In this document: in pieces, positions 11,457-21,440 of the stretch
Layout: each line of letters opens with the position of its first letter
Position numbering within the stretch: the first letter of the stretch is position 1
Origin: Candidatus Versatilivorator sp.
GTDB taxonomy: Bacteria > Acidobacteriota > Terriglobia > Versatilivoradales > Versatilivoraceae
Assembly: GCA_965207735.1 (NCBI GenBank)
Contig: OZ242296.1
Span: 1,984,001 to 2,048,000 of the forward strand
DNA length: 64,000 nucleotides
Reading direction: 5' to 3'
Position numbers and translations under genes: made by a program
Notes under the pieces: model-generated
What the model was told of the DNA's origin: nothing
Database searches by the model: none
Seen by the model: only the letters and a program-made list of their open reading frames with translations

Positions 11457-11727
11457 CCCGTACACCGGTTAGTTGAGGCATGATCAGTGTCTTCGGATCG
11501 AGTTCTTCCAGCGAGAAACGGACATAGCCGCGTTTGGCACTGCCGAGTTCTCAGCTTCCGAGTGAGCAGATCGCCGATCCAACTGCCATGCTTCTCAATG
11601 TGGAATGAAGATCTCGACCCTTCTTATGTCGATATTATGCATTTATAGTGCAAATAATCTATAAACTCTTGATAGATCGGGAACGATTATCCCGAAGATT
11701 GGCAGGGAGCGCCGGCCAAAGGCATTA

Positions 11728-11776
11728 ACCCGCATTTCTCACCAGGCCGCTGGTGCCATGACGACAAGTATTTTAT
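11728..11776 (+). mobile_element. solitary MITE end, inverted copy of 13726-13775
   Basis: ACCCGCATTTCTCACCAGGCCGCTGGTGCCATGACGACAAGTATTTTAT is the near-exact reverse complement of the right end of the MITE at 13530-13774 and is preceded by TTA. Confidence 0.75.
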
Positions 11777-11782
11777 TAGAAT

Positions 11783-11940
11783 ATCGATGCACAGGATCCA
11801 CAGGATTTGGTCTTAGGAGTCTGGTGTCTTGCAATCCTGGGAATCCGCAATCCCCCACCGCACCATCGCCCGAGCCGGCTTCCGGTGCAGGAACCTCTCG
11901 TCCCGTCTGTCCTGTTCATCCTGTACATCGATGTCAATAA
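11783..11940. repeat. dispersed repeat of the 'ACAGGATGxACAGGA' family with inverted ends (uninterrupted copy)
   Basis: ATCGATGCACAGGATCCACAGGAT (11783-11806) is inverted relative to GTCCTGTTCATCCTGTACATCGAT (~11909-11932). Related copies occur at ~16611 and ~20739. Confidence 0.75.
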
Positions 11941-12075
11941 TCCGTCTAGTGACGACGCGTGCCGTTGAAGCAGCTCCGTCTCGCTTCGTGTTCCTTCGTC
12001 GTTGTTCGTGTCCCTTCGTGGATATCTGTATTCCCGGCGTGCCAGTCTGAGGCACAGCCTCGCCGCCGGCGCGAC

Positions 12076-13460
12076 CTACTTCAGCTCACCCTCCCGGTCC
12101 AACATCTTGAGAAGACCCTCGAAGGCCTCCACCGTCCTTTGCAGGTCCTCATCGGTATGCACTCCCGAGATCAGGCCCCCGGGCCAGGGCAGGACGTCGA
12201 CGCCGTTGCAGAGGAACCCCGCCCGCGCCTTGTGCTGAAGCTGGGCGGAAGCGGCTCCTCGCAGTTTCCAGGAATCCACCCGACCCGCCATGATATCGGC
12301 AGGGGTTACCGGATCGTGGTCGGGATTGGGAAAGACGTGGAATGCTGAAAAATCGCCGTAGACGCACCAGTCGCAACCCAGCCGTTCGGCGACCGAGTTC
12401 ATTTCCCGGCGCAGCCTGGCTCCGCTGGCATTGGCCCGGGCGATCAGATCGGTGGACTGCAGGGTTTGCAAGGTGGCGATCCCGGCGCTGGCGGTGACGG
12501 GCGCCGCATTGTAGGTCCCGTAGTGAACCACCAGGGGCGGAGCCGGGCCGTCGTCTCCCTCCTGGAAATCCATGACCTGCATCACCTCGGCACGCCCCAC
12601 CAGGGCAGCGCCCGGATAGCCGCCCCCCACGATCTTGGCCAGGGTGGTCAGGTCGGGGGTCACGCCATAGTAACCTTGGGCCCCGCCCAGGGAACAACGA
12701 AACCCCGAGACGACTTCGTCGAAGATCAGAAGGATGCCCTGCTGGGCCGTCCACCGCCGCAGCTCCGGCAGGAAGGCGGGATCGAGGGGCACCTTGCCGA
12801 AGGTGGCCCCGGTCGGCTCCAGAATCACTGCGGCCACGTCCTCCCGGTCCCGGCAGAGCTCGTCCAGCCAAGCCAGGTCTCCCGGCGGGCAGACCAGCAC
12901 GTTGTCCACGATTTCCTGCAGGATGCCCGCCGGCGGCTTGGGCCGGCGGATTCCTTGCCAAAAGCCACGTGGTCATGCCATCCGTGGAAGTGGGTGGCGA
13001 AGCGCACCAACTTGGGCTTGCCGGTATAGGCCCTGGCCACCCTCAGAGCCAGGTGGGTCGCCTCGGTCCCGCTGACCGTAAAGCGAACCCGCTCGGCGCT
13101 GGGGACCAGGGACTGAATCAGTTCGGCCCACTCCAGCTCCAGCTGGTGGGAAGACCCGTAGTGGGTCCCGCGGGAGACTTGTTCCAGCACTGCCTCCTGG
13201 ACCGCGGGATGGTTATGCCCCAGCATCAACGCCCCGTGGCCGCCGAAGTAGTCCACATACTCCCGCCCGTCCACGTCCCACTTGCGGGACCCTTGAGCTC
13301 GGGAGACAAACACGGGATGAGGCTCCAGCACCCGGGCCTGGTGGGTGACGCCGCAGGGAAAGACCTGCTGCGCCCTCCTGTAGAGCTCAGCCGAAGTGGG
13401 TGTGGCTTCGATGTAGGACTGAAAGATTTGTGACTCCGCCTGCACGGTTCTGGTGTTCAT
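12076..13460 (-). pseudogene. class-III PLP aminotransferase (glutamate-1-semialdehyde aminomutase-like), split by a one-base frameshift near 12925-12960
   Basis: The 5' ORF has WDVDGREYVDY, LGHNHP, SGTEAT and FHGWHD. The 3' frame continues PPAGILQEIVDN...LEP...FDEVVSGFR...LAKIVGGG. The total span of 1385 nt is one base short of an intact frame. Could be an assembly error. Confidence 0.8.
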
Positions 13461-13529
13461 GGGATATCCACCTGATGGTAGGGTTCAGTCAAGCAAAGAA
13501 ATTCTTTAGGCGCCCGGGAAACGGGCTTA

Positions 13530-13774
13530 GCCCGTATTTTTCACCAGGGGGCATGATCATGGCGCAGGATTTTCCCCTTCAGCGCGTGCTCGCGACCGAA
13601 GAGCGTAGCGGTCACTACGCGCGAGGGAGCATGTGCGCGCTGAAGGGAAAAAGACAAGCCAGGGCATGCCCAGCGCCGTCTGTTACCCGCAAGCCCTTAC
13701 CAGGGAGCCAATCAAAGTACTGAAGATAAACTACTTTTCGTCATGGCACCAGCGGCCTGGTGAGAAATGCGGGC
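13530..13774. mobile_element. ~245-bp MITE with imperfect TIRs and TTA flanks
   Basis: Left AGCCCGTATTTTTCACCAGG (13529-13548) and right CCTGGTGAGAAATGCGGGCT (13756-13775) match at 18/20 positions as an inverted pair. TTA lies at 13527-29 and 13775-77, and the right TTA is the aldolase stop codon. No transposase inside. Confidence 0.75.
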
Positions 13775-14557
13775 TTAGGACTGGACGCCGGACCGGCCCG
13801 TGCCCTTCAAGCGTTCCATTTCCCGGTCCAGGCCGTGGAGCCAAAACTCCAGGTCCGAGCTCACCGTCATGAGCCGCGCGCCCCGATCGATCCAGCCTTG
13901 GCAAGCCTCGGCGCTGCCGACAAAGGTTCCGAAAGGCATCCCGGCTTGTCGGGCGGCTCGAAAGATCTCGTCGACCCTCCGGTCCAGCTCGGGGTGATCG
14001 CGAACCCCCAGCAATCCCATGGATTGCCGCAAGTCGTCCAGCCCCATGAAGACAGCGTCCAGCCCGGGAACGCGCACAATCTCCTCGATATTTTTCACCG
14101 ACTCCAGGCTCTCCATCTGAGCCACCACCGTGATCCAGTCGTTGGCCTGGGCAAAGTACTCATTGGTCCGATGGGTATACTCGGCCCGCAACGGTCCGCA
14201 ACCCCGTCTTCCCAACGGGGCGTACTTGGACCACTTTACCGCCAGGGCCGCCTGCTCGGCATTTTCCACCATGGGAACCACGATTCCGCTGGCTCCCCAG
14301 TCCAGGGCCCGCTTGATTTCAGCCTCTATCAGACCCGGAACCCGAACGATGACGTCGATTTGGGTCCCCTTGGCCGCCAGAAGCAGGGGCAGCAGATCGC
14401 TGGAGGTCAGATGGCCGTGCTCGGTATCCAGGAACAGCCAGTCATAGCCGGCGGCCGCAGCCATTTCCACGAAGGCCGGAGACCCGAAGTAGGCGATAGT
14501 GCCCACGGCTGCCTGGCCCTGCCGAAGCTTGCGCTGCAAGTTACCGCCGTTGAACAT
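13775..14557 (-). CDS. HpcH/HpaI aldolase family protein
   Basis: GYDWLFLDTEHG, IVRVP, ALDWGASGIVVPMV, YAPLGRRG, QMES, FMGLDDL. Confidence 0.92.
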   Translation of the reverse strand: MFNGGNLQRKLRQGQAAVGTIAYFGSPAFVEMAAAAGYDWLFLDTEHGHLTSSDLLPLLLAAKGTQIDVIVRVPGLIEAEIKRALDWGASGIVVPMVENAEQAALAVKWSKYAPLGRRGCGPLRAEYTHRTNEYFAQANDWITVVAQMESLESVKNIEEIVRVPGLDAVFMGLDDLRQSMGLLGVRDHPELDRRVDEIFRAARQAGMPFGTFVGSAEACQGWIDRGARLMTVSSDLEFWLHGLDREMERLKGTGRSGVQS

Positions 14558-14717
14558 TCCGTCACCTCGCGCCAATCCGGCACCCCGCTTTCTCGCCACT
14601 TTCGGCGGTCCGTGCGGAATCCGTCCGGGAAGACGTTGGAGAACGAAGAATAAAGCAATGAGCCGGAGAAGCTCAACCCTCGTTCCGCCGGGCCTCGCGG
14701 GAAAAAATAGGGGCGAC

Positions 14718-15506
14718 CTAAGGGATCCCTCGTCTATCTCCCCCGTCCATGTAGAGGGAACTGCCGAAGAGATAAGAGCAGGGCTCGGAAGCCAGAAAAA
14801 CCACCATGCCGGCGATTTCTTCCGGTTCAGCCAAACGCCCCGCCGGCAGCTTCCGCCCGATCTGCGCCAGAATCTCGTCCACGCTGCGACCTTCCTCCGC
14901 GGCCTTGTCGCGCTGCAAGTCCCTGGCTCGCTGGGTTTTGGTCAGTCCCGGACAGATGGTGTTGACCAGGATCCCGTCCCCGGAGACGGCGTCGGACAGA
15001 GCCCGGGTCATGTTCAGGACGGCGATATTGGACAGGCTCAGTGGGATGTTGGCCCGTGTCGGGCTGGCTCCCGCTCCTCCGGCGATGTTGACGATCCGCC
15101 CCCATCGGTTCCGCTTCATGTGTGGAATAACCAGTTGGGCCATGCGCAGATAGCCGTAGCTTTTCAGTCCCAGCCCCTCGTCGATGACTTCGGTCGAGAG
15201 CTCCAGGATGTCGGCCATCCTGGCCGCACCGGCGCAGTTCACCAGGATGTCCACGCCATCCCACCGCCTCACGGTCTCATCCACCACTCGCCGGCAGCCT
15301 TCCCGGGTGGTCAGATCGCTGGCGACCGCCCAGCCCTCGCCACCTGCCCGGTCGATCTCCGCCCTGACCTCCTCCAGCAAGGTTCGGGTGCGGGCGGTCA
15401 CACAGACCCGGGCGCCTTCCCGGGCCAGTCCCAGGGCGCAGCAGCGGCCGATGCCGCGGCTGCCCCCGGTCACGACGGCACGCTTGCCTTTCAATCCCAA
15501 GTCCAT
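14718..15506 (-). CDS. SDR family oxidoreductase
   Basis: MDLGLKGKRAVVTGGSRGIG, ILVNCAG, GRIVNI, VNTICPG, MDGG. The canonical YxxxK is not evident (LSLSN), so it is an atypical SDR. Confidence 0.9.
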   Translation of the reverse strand: MDLGLKGKRAVVTGGSRGIGRCCALGLAREGARVCVTARTRTLLEEVRAEIDRAGGEGWAVASDLTTREGCRRVVDETVRRWDGVDILVNCAGAARMADILELSTEVIDEGLGLKSYGYLRMAQLVIPHMKRNRWGRIVNIAGGAGASPTRANIPLSLSNIAVLNMTRALSDAVSGDGILVNTICPGLTKTQRARDLQRDKAAEEGRSVDEILAQIGRKLPAGRLAEPEEIAGMVVFLASEPCSYLFGSSLYMDGGDRRGIP

Positions 15507-15520
15507 GGATACCCCCCCGG

Positions 15521-16522
15521 CTAGGCCGCGGGCCAGGGCTGTCCCGCTTCGGTGGCCGCAATCATCTTCTGCAGCTTCTCCACGTAATACTCGACCACCC
15601 GGGCGACCAGCTTTTCCCCCTTGGCTGCCGTAGCCAGCAGCGACTGCTCCTGGCGGGCCCGATCGGTGGCATTCTCGCCTTCCTCGTTGATGCGGCCGTC
15701 GATGAAGGTGCGCCCGTCGATGCGCAGGAAGTGCTCCACCTCCGGCGAGAATCCCGACTCGTAGTTCAGATTGGCGTCGTCGTACTCCTTCATGCTGACC
15801 CGGCGCACGCGGTGGGGATGGGCGGCCAGGGCAATGGAGGTCTCGTACTCCTCGGCGTGAGACAGACGTTTCTTGCTTTCCAGGACGGTCTTGACGAAAT
15901 CCGGCGGGGTCGGCGCCCAAACGGAGTCCACCTCCATCGTCACCCCGAGCTTGCTTCGCCACGTCTCTTCCATTTCCTTGAGCGGCTGCTGGTTCCCTCC
16001 GTGGCCGTTGAGCACCAGCAGGGTATGGATCCCGTTGGTCTTCAAGGAGTGGAGCACATCGAAGATATAGTCCTGGAAGGTCTTGCGGCGCAGGGTGATG
16101 CTCCCCTTCCGCGACATCCAGTAAGGCGCGTAACCGCAAAAGCTCGGCGGCGCCACGATCACTTGCGGGTAGAGCTCCAGGGCAATCTGCTTGGCATAGA
16201 AGGTGGCGTGGGCCGTATCTTCCACCAGGGCGATGTGCTCGTTGTGCTGCTCGATGGAACCCGCCGGCAGGATGGCCGCCTTGAGCAGACCGCTTCCCAG
16301 CAACTCCCGGATCTCCTTGCGAGTGTTCTCCCACAGCAGGACCCGGTCGGGATCGATCCGACGCCTCAGCCGTTCCATGGGCGCATTTCGGGAAGCCGAG
16401 CCGGTTGGCGCCGGCAATGCACCGGCCAAACTCTCGGCCGCCAGTCCCGTCGTGAGCGTCCCCGTAGCCAGTCCGCCGGCTAGGGACTGCAGCAAACTCC
16501 GTCGCGTAATGCCCTGTGTCAT
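15521..16522 (-). CDS. creatininase/mycofactocin-peptidase family amidohydrolase with Tat signal
   Basis: TRRSLL twin-arginine leader. PAGSIEQHNEH..D, NGHGGN and HAEEYETS metal motifs. Confidence 0.88.
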   Translation of the reverse strand: MTQGITRRSLLQSLAGGLATGTLTTGLAAESLAGALPAPTGSASRNAPMERLRRRIDPDRVLLWENTRKEIRELLGSGLLKAAILPAGSIEQHNEHIALVEDTAHATFYAKQIALELYPQVIVAPPSFCGYAPYWMSRKGSITLRRKTFQDYIFDVLHSLKTNGIHTLLVLNGHGGNQQPLKEMEETWRSKLGVTMEVDSVWAPTPPDFVKTVLESKKRLSHAEEYETSIALAAHPHRVRRVSMKEYDDANLNYESGFSPEVEHFLRIDGRTFIDGRINEEGENATDRARQEQSLLATAAKGEKLVARVVEYYVEKLQKMIAATEAGQPWPAA

Positions 16523-16775
16523 GGATTTCCTCCTGGAAATGTGCCAGTGATTTCCGGCGCCGGGTGGCCGGAGCCCGGTTCATAGTCAAGCGTGATTAGA
16601 TGGTTCATCTACATCGATGCACAGGATGAACAGGACCCTTGGGGGAAGGGTTTCACCGTCTCCGGTTCAACCGTCCTGGTGTCTCTTCGTGTTCATTGGT
16701 GTCCATTCGTGGTTCAACTCAAGCAATGACCTACCGTCTTCCCCTGGGTGATCCGCACGGCAGGTTGAGGGCCGG

Positions 16776-17933
16776 CTAAAACGACAGAACCCTGCGGGGA
16801 TTTTCCACCAGAATGGTTCGAATCTGGCTGGTGGAAACACCGAGTTGCTCCAGCGAGGCCGCCAGTCGAGTGGCCACGATGGTGAAGTCGGCCTGATTCT
16901 CCCTCCAGCCCTGGCTACCCTTGGTTTCCGCCGAAAATTCCCCATAAAAGTAGGGGACGTGATCGTGGCTGACCAGAATCTGCTGCAAGAATCCGCCCGC
17001 GATCAGTTTCTGGATCGAGCGGGCCTGCTTGTCGCAGTCGTAGTTTCCGGCGCCGACCCGATCGAACTGCAGGTAGCAGCCCAGCCTCGCAATCTCCTGG
17101 TGATAGTCCCCGGCATCGGCGTTCTTTCCGTCGTCCATGTGGCCCTGGTGCCCGATGATCACCCGGCCGGGATCGGCGCCCGATTCCAGCAACAACCTGG
17201 CCTGCTCCAGCCCGCCCCCGTTGGTGGTGTGGGTGGTGATGGGGCAGCCTGTGCGCCGGCTGGCCTTGGCCGCGGCAAGGTGAACCGCTTTCTCGCTGGG
17301 ACGCATCAGGGCGCTGGTTCCGATCTTGATGGCACCCGCCCGAATCGTGGTGAACCGCTCTCCCCTCCCACCGTGAGGATCTTCCATCCCCTCGGTGATC
17401 TCCCGTACAAACAGGTCTGCCATCTTGTCGGCGCCGTCGGACTCGATCCCCAACCGTACCGCCCAGGGATGCTGGGGCGCCAGGGCCTCGCACCAGAACC
17501 CCGTGGAGGCAATGATGTGGACCTTGGTCCGCCGGGCCAGATCCACCAGCAGTTGAGGATACCGACCCACCCGGATGGGGGTGCATTCCACGATGGCTCC
17601 GGGGCCGTCTTCGGCGGAGAGCGAGTGGTGAAAGGCGTTCAACATCCCCGCGGTCTCAGCCAGCATTCTTTCCCGCAGAGAGCCCAGGGGAGCCGCCGGG
17701 GTTGCGTAAAGCTCGGACCAATCCACCGTGGGCGCATGTTCGTGCATGAGGGTCGCACCCAGGTCTTCGGGATCGACGGGTCCGAGCACCGTCTGCACGG
17801 CCGCGGCCCTGTCCGATCTCTCGGGCGGCCTGCAGGCCCCAAGCTGCAGGGCCGTCCAGGCGGCCACGGCCGACCCGGCCAGGAACTGTCGCCGGCTGAG
17901 GTTGCTTCGATCCAAGAAAGAAGCCGATTCCAT
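16776..17933 (-). CDS. phosphotriesterase/lactonase family protein, Tat lipoprotein
   Basis: SRRQFL Tat motif followed by LGAC lipobox. QTVLGP, LMHEH, AIKIG, TTHT, IGH and SHD amidohydrolase ligands. Confidence 0.88.
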   Translation of the reverse strand: MESASFLDRSNLSRRQFLAGSAVAAWTALQLGACRPPERSDRAAAVQTVLGPVDPEDLGATLMHEHAPTVDWSELYATPAAPLGSLRERMLAETAGMLNAFHHSLSAEDGPGAIVECTPIRVGRYPQLLVDLARRTKVHIIASTGFWCEALAPQHPWAVRLGIESDGADKMADLFVREITEGMEDPHGGRGERFTTIRAGAIKIGTSALMRPSEKAVHLAAAKASRRTGCPITTHTTNGGGLEQARLLLESGADPGRVIIGHQGHMDDGKNADAGDYHQEIARLGCYLQFDRVGAGNYDCDKQARSIQKLIAGGFLQQILVSHDHVPYFYGEFSAETKGSQGWRENQADFTIVATRLAASLEQLGVSTSQIRTILVENPRRVLSF

Positions 17934-18104
17934 GGTCTTCCCGGTCTTCGATCCGCGCGGGTGAGAGCCGGTCCTCGCCCTTTGAATAGCGCCGGACCCG
18001 ACCACGACTATCCTACCCCAAAAGGCCTTCTTCCCCGGCAAAAACCGGGGTTTGGGCCGACAGTGGAATTGGGGCCTGCGTCACAGGAGTTCCGTCAGGT
18101 AAAT

Positions 18105-20399
18105 CTAATCCCTTCCCAGGGCACGCCCCAGGAACTCCACCGCCCGCGCAATGGCGCCCGTCAGACCGAACAGGTTGTGTCCTCCACCCTCGTAGGTGAA
18201 GGCCTCGAACTCGGGAGGCTCGCGTCCCAGGGCCTCCATGGCACGGATCATCGAGTACGCTTGGGAAACGGCGACGGTCTCGTCGGAATCGCCATGGTGT
18301 AGCTGGACGGCCGGCAGGTCTTCGGCGAACAGAACGGAGGAGCGGCGCACCAACTCCAGGCGCACTTCAGGCAGTTCGATTTCGCCTCTCAGGTAGGGCT
18401 GAACAAAGATGGAGTCCAGGTGGGCCACGCCCGTGAGCTCGCGCGGACGCCCCAGGGCCGCCTCGCGCACGATTTGCCGCACCCAGTTGTCGAAGAAGTC
18501 GGTGGGACCGAAGAAGGCGACGATGTTCTCAATGCGCTCGTCGCGGATGCCGGCCAGCATGGCGACGCCCGCTCCACGACTTCCGCCGATGATGCTCACA
18601 CCTTCGGACTTCGCCTGCGGAGTCAGCTCCAGCGCCACGTTCAGGAGCGCCAAGGCGTCGTCCACATCGTAGTCCCAGTGACTGCCGGCGCCGGTCGAGA
18701 TCCACACGCGATCGCCAAACTCAAGCGGTTCGCTGCGAAAAGAGGGGATTACGTAGACGAAGCGGTCTCGCAGCTCGCCCAAGAACTGCCCGATGATATC
18801 CACATCGCCCACGTCGACACCGCTGTCGCCGCCGTGGAGGTACATCAGGACGGGCAGGGTGCCGGGTGCCGCGGAGTCGGGCGCAATGATCGCTCCGTAG
18901 TGGCGCGCCTCCCCGACCCGATGCGACACCACCCGCAGGGTCGCCGGGGTGTCGTCCAGGGGATGCGCCTCCGCGAATTCGAGCAACACGTCAACCGGAG
19001 AGATGTCGCGCTGGGCCCAGTCTGCACGAACGGCTTCGATCTCCGCAGCGGTCGGAGCGGCAAAAATGTTGTCGAGTTCGGTCTCGAGGTCGATCGCGTA
19101 GGCGTTGACAGCCGAAACAGCCAGGTCTGCGGCGACCATGAGCGTCTGGATGCCGGCCCCGGTGCCCAGGGTCCACTCCACCGCGACTTCGCCCTTCCAG
19201 TCCGTGACTGCGGTCGAGGGATCCACCCGGCCGCTTCCCGGCGTTGGCAAGAAGTTCACGGTCACGCCGGAAAGAGACTGACCTGACGTGTCGACAACGC
19301 GAACGACGAGGGGCCTGTCAAGGGTTTGCCGGGTGAACGCGCGTTGCCCCCCGCCTGCTACAATGCGGATCGCGGCCGCCGACTCTCCGAATACCGGATC
19401 GACCGGGACGCTGACCGGATCACATCCCGTCAGGGTGGGCTGTCGGTCCGCTCCTGTCACCGTGATGGGGCAGGTCACCGCACTCGTGGACGACCACGTC
19501 ACCGTCGGCGGGGGGGGATGGCCACCGTCGAGGGGGCCTCCGTCCGGGACCCGAATCGTCGGCACCGCCGAGAGTGAAGGGATCCGCTTCCCAAACCGCA
19601 GCCCGAGCGGAGCGAAAGGGGAATCGTCCTCGCTTCGCAGGAACAGGAGGCCGCGAAAGTTCCCCAGGAACCTTGTATCGACTCCTTCCACTGCGAACCA
19701 TTCCGGGAGCGTGCGCGCCGCCTGGTGGAAATCCCCCCAGTGGACGAACCCACCGTTCAAGGGGTCCCTTCCCTCTTCGTCGCGAATGCGAAGCTCGAGG
19801 CGGGAAGCGGCGTCTGGCTTGAACACTGCGACTCCAGCGCCGACTCTCGTCGATTCCTCCACGAACAGAGCGAATCCCGTCCCCAACCGGACGGGCTCGA
19901 CGCCGACTTCGATTCCCGATTCGGCGTGCCGATAGGTCAACAGCCCACTGACTGTGGCCGGCTCGGCCTCGACCTGGATCCAGCCTTGCCGAATGGATCC
20001 TGAGCCGGCGCTATTCAAGACTCGTCTGCCCCGCGACGGAATCTCCAACGTTATATCGGAATCGAACAGATCCGGGACCGGCTGTGCGTCCGGATCGTAG
20101 ACTTCCACCCGGACTTCGGCGGCGGCGTCCGGGTCGACGTTGCTGAGGACCAACTGCACCGACCATCCGCCTCCATCCACGTAATCCGGGAAGTACAGAA
20201 ATGTCGCTGCCTGTTCCTGCGCTTGTCCGGCGATCGAGTCGTCCGCCGGGCGGCGGACGTTCTCTAGCGGGGCGCCGGCAGTTTGCGCCGGCGACAGGAC
20301 GAAAAACAGGCACAGGGCAGAAATTAATAATCCTGTGCATCGACGTTTGCCAGAAATCAACTCATACCCCACAGGGAGAGCCGAAGCGGGGAACATCAT
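18105..20399 (-). CDS. secreted modular protein: N-terminal beta module + Ig-like (Big_1-type) domain + S9-like alpha/beta hydrolase
   Basis: Signal-like N-terminus, FLYFPDYVDGGGWSVQLVLSN module, PLVVRVVD...GVTVNF...WTLG Ig segment, YLHGG, GGSRG nucleophile, HHGDSDETV, YEGGGH. Start codon uncertain. Confidence 0.75.
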   Translation of the reverse strand: MMFPASALPVGYELISGKRRCTGLLISALCLFFVLSPAQTAGAPLENVRRPADDSIAGQAQEQAATFLYFPDYVDGGGWSVQLVLSNVDPDAAAEVRVEVYDPDAQPVPDLFDSDITLEIPSRGRRVLNSAGSGSIRQGWIQVEAEPATVSGLLTYRHAESGIEVGVEPVRLGTGFALFVEESTRVGAGVAVFKPDAASRLELRIRDEEGRDPLNGGFVHWGDFHQAARTLPEWFAVEGVDTRFLGNFRGLLFLRSEDDSPFAPLGLRFGKRIPSLSAVPTIRVPDGGPLDGGHPPPPTVTWSSTSAVTCPITVTGADRQPTLTGCDPVSVPVDPVFGESAAAIRIVAGGGQRAFTRQTLDRPLVVRVVDTSGQSLSGVTVNFLPTPGSGRVDPSTAVTDWKGEVAVEWTLGTGAGIQTLMVAADLAVSAVNAYAIDLETELDNIFAAPTAAEIEAVRADWAQRDISPVDVLLEFAEAHPLDDTPATLRVVSHRVGEARHYGAIIAPDSAAPGTLPVLMYLHGGDSGVDVGDVDIIGQFLGELRDRFVYVIPSFRSEPLEFGDRVWISTGAGSHWDYDVDDALALLNVALELTPQAKSEGVSIIGGSRGAGVAMLAGIRDERIENIVAFFGPTDFFDNWVRQIVREAALGRPRELTGVAHLDSIFVQPYLRGEIELPEVRLELVRRSSVLFAEDLPAVQLHHGDSDETVAVSQAYSMIRAMEALGREPPEFEAFTYEGGGHNLFGLTGAIARAVEFLGRALGRD

Positions 20400-21066
20400 T
20401 TCGTGACCTTCGTGGCCCTTCGGGATCCTTGGTGCCACTTCGTGGATATCTTTTTTGTCTTTGTGGATAGTCTCTCAATTTTCTTGGGTAGGTTACAGAC
20501 AAGGGAGAGGATGCGGGCGGGACGCCCGCGCTCGCGGGTGGGTCGTCCCGCTGGTGCGGTGGAGCGTATACGGCGGGCGACTTCTCTGAAAGCCGACCGG
20601 CACCCCTTGGGAAACTCCCCTTTGCCCGCGGGCCTGCCCCCGCCACCCTACTCCTGGGTGAATCAAACGAGGGGAAACAACAAATCTTCCCGGCCTATCG
20701 GGAACAAGGACCCTGCCAGGTTGATTCAGAATTCCGGATTATTGAACATGGATACACAGGATGCACAGGATTAACACAACGAGAGGCCGCCGCACGGACT
20801 ACAATATAAAATTTGTAACTGCTCATTATAGTAGACTTACTGTGGTTTGTCCTATTGTAATCCCCTCATTATATCCCTCTAATTGAACGGGAATCCACTG
20901 GACTATTCAGGACGTTGGTGGACAGGACTTACGATGTTGCAACCCCCGAGACTCTTCGTCCGAGACCGTCGAGCGGGGTGGTAGGCTGCCCCTGGGTTCG
21001 GATCGGAGATATCGGGTTGTGAGCATCCTCCAGCCTTGCCCCTCTCGGCCTCTGGCCATCTGTGGT

Positions 21067-21204
21067 CTACTGTTCTTCGAAGGCCTCATCAGTGAGAACC
21101 CGCAGCCGGGAGCCGACGTTGAGGTGCCGCGGGATGCCGAGGCGCTGGAGACGTTGACGGGTTTCGGGAGAGACGGGGATATGAAGCGGTACACGGTGCA
21201 ACAT
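21067..21204 (-). CDS. putative small ribbon-helix-helix (CopG-like) regulator, 45 aa
   Basis: MLHRVPLHIPVSPETRQRLQRLGIPRHLNVGSRLRVLTDEAFEEQ has the alternating-hydrophobic strand, helix, turn, helix pattern of RHH proteins. It lies inside the element. Confidence 0.45.
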   Translation of the reverse strand: MLHRVPLHIPVSPETRQRLQRLGIPRHLNVGSRLRVLTDEAFEEQ

Positions 21205-21328
21205 AAAGACACACAACAACACATGGAGCGACAAGCAGGTTACTAAGCTACACAAAGCCACACGGAGTAGACACTCATCCTCCATGAGCGCGAAAGCGCG
21301 CCTGGAGGCCTTCCCGCCAGGGATCACT

Positions 21329-21440
21329 GTGGAGGGAGCGACCCCCGGAAAGGGGAGGGTAAGGGTGACGTTTTGCCTGTCACCCTTTACCCTGCCCGGT
21401 GCCGCACCAGCGGTCAAAAGGAGGGGGTCGCTCCCTCCAC
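21329..21440. repeat. nested inverted repeat (18-bp perfect outer stem, 14/15-bp inner stem)
   Basis: GTGGAGGGAGCGACCCCC (21329-46) pairs with GGGGGTCGCTCCCTCCAC (21423-40). Inner AGGGTAAGGGTGAC (21356-69) pairs with GTCACCCTTTACCCT (21379-93). Confidence 0.85.
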
